From: Bradymonadia bacterium
GTDB taxonomy: Bacteria; Myxococcota_A; Bradymonadia; UBA7976; UBA1532
DNA: 64,000 nt
Direction: 5' to 3'
Assembly (NCBI GenBank): GCA_046290225.1
Contig: JBKAGE010000039.1
Coordinates: 118,144 to 182,143, forward strand
Position 1 is the stretch's first letter, and each line of letters opens with the position of its first letter. The translations under genes were made by a program, and so were the position numbers. Shown one piece after another: positions 60,649-64,000 of the stretch. The notes under the pieces are model-generated. The model saw only the letters and a program-made list of their open reading frames with translations. It ran no database searches and had not been told where the DNA came from.

Positions 60649-62189
60649 GTCGTCCCGACCCACGTGCCGAGAGCGCCACTGCGCCCCAGTTCTTCGACGA
60701 CATCAGCGAAGGGGACGATCCCGTCCTGCTGGGCACGGTCACCACAGAGGGCAACGTCGTCCGCTTGAGAGATCAGCTCGAGAAAGCACGCCTCGCCCCC
60801 CTGATGCCAGAGGGGCGATCGCTGCGGATCCTCGATCTCGGGGGTGGGGCTGGGCGCCTGGCCCTGTGGATGGCGCCTTGGGCCTCCGAGATCGTGGTGG
60901 TGGAAGCCAGCGCCCAGCTGGTGGAGAAGGGCAAGCAGGCCGTGGCCGCCGCCGGGCACTCGGAGATCGAGTTCGTGTGCTGCTCGGTGATGGACTTCGA
61001 GGCCGAGGGCCACTTCGATCTCATTGTTATGTGGGGTCTGTGCACCTATCTGACCGAAGCGGAGATCGCCACGCTGAGCGCCCGATGCCATCGCTGGCTC
61101 GATCCCGAGGGCACCCTCATCATCAAAGAGCCTGTGTCCACCGATCACCTGCAACGCTACGACACTCGACGCGACGACCATGGGGAGATCGTCTACCAGG
61201 CCTGTTTTCGCCCAGGTGCCGAATACCCTCACTGCTTCGCCGAGCACTTCTCGCTGGTGCATCGAGGCCCCACGTGCGCTCACATCGTGCCCTGGTTCGT
61301 CAACGGGACCGAGGGCGCCGTAGAGGTGAGCCAGGGTGCTCTGGGCCAAAGGATCCTCGAAGCTGCGGGCCCCTGGATGGTGCGACTCGATCCGACGCTG
61401 CGGGCCCTGGAGTCGGTGTGGAGACAGAGCGCATTGTCGCCTCTACTCGCCCCCATCGACGTCATTCAAGAGGTCTACGTCTTTGCACCCCGACCTCCTG
61501 TCGATCCAGAGCACACACCTGATCTCTCGGTGGTGGTGATCGCCTACAACGAGGCGGAGTGCATCGAGCCGGTGGTGCACGAGCTCTGCACGTACCTCGA
61601 AGAGGCCCGGCTCGATTTCGAGCTGGTCCTCGTGGACGACGGCAGCAGCGACGACACCCTCGCCCTCATGCATCGCCTGGGCGCTGATCCCCGCGTGCGC
61701 GTGCTCACTCAGCCGAACATGGGCATCGGTGGGGCCTTGCGCACGGGCTTCGACGCCGCCCAGGGCCATTGGGTGACCTGGGTGCCTGCAGATGGTCAGA
61801 TCGCCCCCGAAGCTGTGGAGTCGTTGTTCCACGCCCGGGGCGAGCACGAGATGGTGACCACGGTGTATCGCCACCGCGCAGACGCGTGGTACCGCATGGT
61901 CATCTCCAACACGCTCAACATGATGATCAAGGCAGGCACGGGCCAGCAAGCCCGCAGCGGCGGCAACTACCTGTTCCCTCGCGAGAGCTGGCTGAAGTAC
62001 GGCCCTCGAGACGACGACTCGATGATGATCAGCACGGCGTTCCGCCACAACATCACGGATGATGGTGGTCACATCGAGGTCATCGAGATCGACGCCCGGG
62101 CCCGGGTGGCAGGCCGATCGAAGGTGCTCGATCCGATCACCATTGGCCGCACCGCCCTGGCGCTGCTCTCCATGAGCAAGGGTCAGTGA
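60645..62189 (+). CDS. fusion of class I SAM methyltransferase and GT2 (Dpm1-like) glycosyltransferase
   Basis: ILDLGGGAG at the N-terminus; SVVVIAYNE, VDDGSSD, PADGQ at the C-terminus. Confidence 0.85.
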   Translation: MSRPDPRAESATAPQFFDDISEGDDPVLLGTVTTEGNVVRLRDQLEKARLAPLMPEGRSLRILDLGGGAGRLALWMAPWASEIVVVEASAQLVEKGKQAVAAAGHSEIEFVCCSVMDFEAEGHFDLIVMWGLCTYLTEAEIATLSARCHRWLDPEGTLIIKEPVSTDHLQRYDTRRDDHGEIVYQACFRPGAEYPHCFAEHFSLVHRGPTCAHIVPWFVNGTEGAVEVSQGALGQRILEAAGPWMVRLDPTLRALESVWRQSALSPLLAPIDVIQEVYVFAPRPPVDPEHTPDLSVVVIAYNEAECIEPVVHELCTYLEEARLDFELVLVDDGSSDDTLALMHRLGADPRVRVLTQPNMGIGGALRTGFDAAQGHWVTWVPADGQIAPEAVESLFHARGEHEMVTTVYRHRADAWYRMVISNTLNMMIKAGTGQQARSGGNYLFPRESWLKYGPRDDDSMMISTAFRHNITDDGGHIEVIEIDARARVAGRSKVLDPITIGRTALALLSMSKGQ

Positions 62190-63100
62190 GCCGCCGTGCC
62201 CTGAAGTGGGGCCTGCAGCTCGTCGCCGTGGGCCTGTTGGCATGGTGGGCGATCTTCCAAGCGGACTGGCCCCAGATGGGCCGCGCGCTGAGCCGTATGC
62301 CAGCGGTGAACTTCCTCGGGGCGCTGGTCTTTGCCTTCCTCAGCGTCTGCCTCGCGGGCTGGCGCTGGCGCATCATGCTCCACGGCTTCGGCGCGATCTG
62401 GCTGCCCCCAGTGACGTCGCTGATCCGTCTCTTCTTCGTGGGGCTCTTCTACAATACGTTCGTACCCGGCTCGGTGGGCGGTGACGTGCTCCGCGGGGTG
62501 ATCTCCCGTCGCTGCTTCGAGGGTGGGGTGGCGAGCTATGTGGTGGTGGGGGTGGATCGCCTCATCGGCCTGTCCGCCCTGGCGACTGTGGCCGCTGTGG
62601 GCCTCTGGGCGAGCCCACCCTGGCTGGTGCTGGAAGGCGGCTCGATCTGGCTCATCGTCGGGGTGAGCGGGGCAGGGGTACTGGCCATCGCGGTGCTGGT
62701 GGCCCTCAACGGCGCCCTCGGTGATCGCCTGCGTCGCATGTGGGCCGACATCCCTCAAGTGCATCATCCTCGCTCTCTGATGTTCGCATGGCTCATCAGC
62801 CTGACCGGTCACGGTCTGACGCTGGGTGCATACACCCTCATCGCCCATGGCCTCGGCTTGCCCCTGACGGTGGGCACGCTGGCCTGGGTGGTGCCGCTGG
62901 CATTGCTCGCGGCGGTGATCCCCATCGCGGTGGCCGGTGTGGGCCCTCGAGAGGCGGTGGTGGTGGGCCTGCTGGCGCTGATGCAGATTCCCCGAGAGGA
63001 TGCCTTGGTGTTCTCGTTGTCCTTCGCGATGATTTTGTGGCTGATGGCGGGGGTCGGAGGGGGGTTCAGTGTGTTGGGGCGGGCGGAGTTGGAGGGGTGA
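62186..63100 (+). CDS. lysylphosphatidylglycerol synthase TM / flippase-like protein (UPF0104)
   Basis: RWR, FYNTFVPGSVGGDVLR, DR, GVGPRE. Confidence 0.85.
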   Translation: MSRRALKWGLQLVAVGLLAWWAIFQADWPQMGRALSRMPAVNFLGALVFAFLSVCLAGWRWRIMLHGFGAIWLPPVTSLIRLFFVGLFYNTFVPGSVGGDVLRGVISRRCFEGGVASYVVVGVDRLIGLSALATVAAVGLWASPPWLVLEGGSIWLIVGVSGAGVLAIAVLVALNGALGDRLRRMWADIPQVHHPRSLMFAWLISLTGHGLTLGAYTLIAHGLGLPLTVGTLAWVVPLALLAAVIPIAVAGVGPREAVVVGLLALMQIPREDALVFSLSFAMILWLMAGVGGGFSVLGRAELEG

Positions 63101-63135
63101 CTTGCTGCACTCGCTCCGCGGGTAAGAGAGTTTTT

Positions 63136-63167
63136 CGGGCACGGGCACGGGCACGGGCACGGGCACG
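63136..63167. repeat. (CGGGCA)5 hexamer tandem repeat, intergenic
   Basis: five exact copies read directly from the sequence. Confidence 0.9.
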
Positions 63168-63334
63168 AGTTTCACGGGTGTGGACAGTGCAGCCTGAAGC
63201 TGCATGTCTTGGAGCGAGTGGAGGGTGGCGTAGCCGGCCGGAGGGAGCGGAAAGACACCCGGAGGGCTGTCCACTGGTTAACCTGACCCGTGGCCCTGCT
63301 GAGGGGCACCTGTGCAGGTGATGGGGGCAATGTT

Positions 63335-63850
63335 CTATGGATGGTTGTCTTCAGAGACCATGAACGGCCTTGAGTTGCGTGACGTCACCTCGAAGATGCC
63401 GAAACGGCCATCACCGTCGAAGTCGCTCCAGGCCTGGATTTGAAACCAGGGCTTGCCGTGATCTTCGGCTGCGAAGGCTTCGCTGGGCGGCGGGTCGTCG
63501 GGACCACCTGCTCTGAACCGGTACTGATACCAGACCGCCTCGCCGGGAGACTGCACCCCAAGGTGTTGCCAGGCGTCATGGGTGATGGGGCGCCAGGGGA
63601 GCATCTTTTGCCCAGGGATCCCGTTGGGATGAACCGCCCACTGGTCCGGGCGGCCGCAATACGCATGGAATGTCTGAAAGTAGCTGAGTTGAGAGGCTCT
63701 CAAGCCGCCGAGAAAATTGACTGCTTCAGCCTCCCTATGCTCCGAGGGGCCATGACCATCATAACCTGTGGTGGTCATCAGTAGAATCAGACTGCTCAAC
63801 GCGGCAATGACACTCAAATAAATCCACGTCGAGAGCCTCCAACGCTTCAT
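63335..63850 (-). CDS. type IV pilin-like protein
   Basis: N-terminal hydrophobic helix, EAVNFLGGLRASQLSYF and DFDGDG motifs; no canonical GFxxxE. Confidence 0.6.
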   Translation of the reverse strand: MKRWRLSTWIYLSVIAALSSLILLMTTTGYDGHGPSEHREAEAVNFLGGLRASQLSYFQTFHAYCGRPDQWAVHPNGIPGQKMLPWRPITHDAWQHLGVQSPGEAVWYQYRFRAGGPDDPPPSEAFAAEDHGKPWFQIQAWSDFDGDGRFGIFEVTSRNSRPFMVSEDNHP

Positions 63851-64000
63851 CCCACCCCCTCCGTCCAGGCCTCGAGCCCCACTCAGACAACCTGCACAGG
63901 TGTGCCTTGTATCCCCAAAGTTAGACAAAAACGAGCCCTGGAAAAGGGGTCTCGTTTGAGCGGTCGCCGTCGTAGCCCGGTGGCCGTGCTGTGACAAGGT

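Noticed and set aside
63136..63167. Possible CRISPR array or contingency locus
   Set aside because: Simple intergenic hexamer repeat without spacers; no cas genes or repeat-spacer arrays seen anywhere in the window.

Overview
GC-rich bacterial DNA. Gene content (class II DAHP synthase, pilH/pilI-like ABC pair, PilA-like pilin, (CGGGCA)n repeat) suggests a Myxococcota-like organism; this is inference. The window has three zones. (1) 1-26.7 kb: mixed metabolic, regulatory and secreted-protein genes, including acnB, dcd, a DAHP synthase, a two-component pair, TetR/LysR regulators and several orphans. (2) About 26.8-54.1 kb: a defence island ending at tRNA-Asn, with a large serine recombinase in the middle. 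Its left arm is a tightly coupled ~17.6 kb minus-strand run: type I R-M and an M48 peptidase, then a CBASS pair (CdnE-like cyclase and Cap15-like effector) coupled to a DisA/DAC-domain protein, then a hypothetical/PLD/SNF2-helicase trio. Its right arm is a four-gene operon: SF1 helicase, wHTH-like protein, double-HKD PLD and a sigma-54 activator with a CARF-like N-terminus. A GG-N10-GC sigma-54 promoter lies directly upstream. (3) 54.2-64 kb: core genes (grxD, bolA, an RpoH-like sigma factor, yqeY, ABC transporter, glycosyl-modification genes, pilin). The best candidates for undescribed systems are the sigma-54/CARF-controlled helicase-PLD operon and the two-cyclase CBASS-DAC operon. All family calls come from motif recognition by eye; no searches were run.
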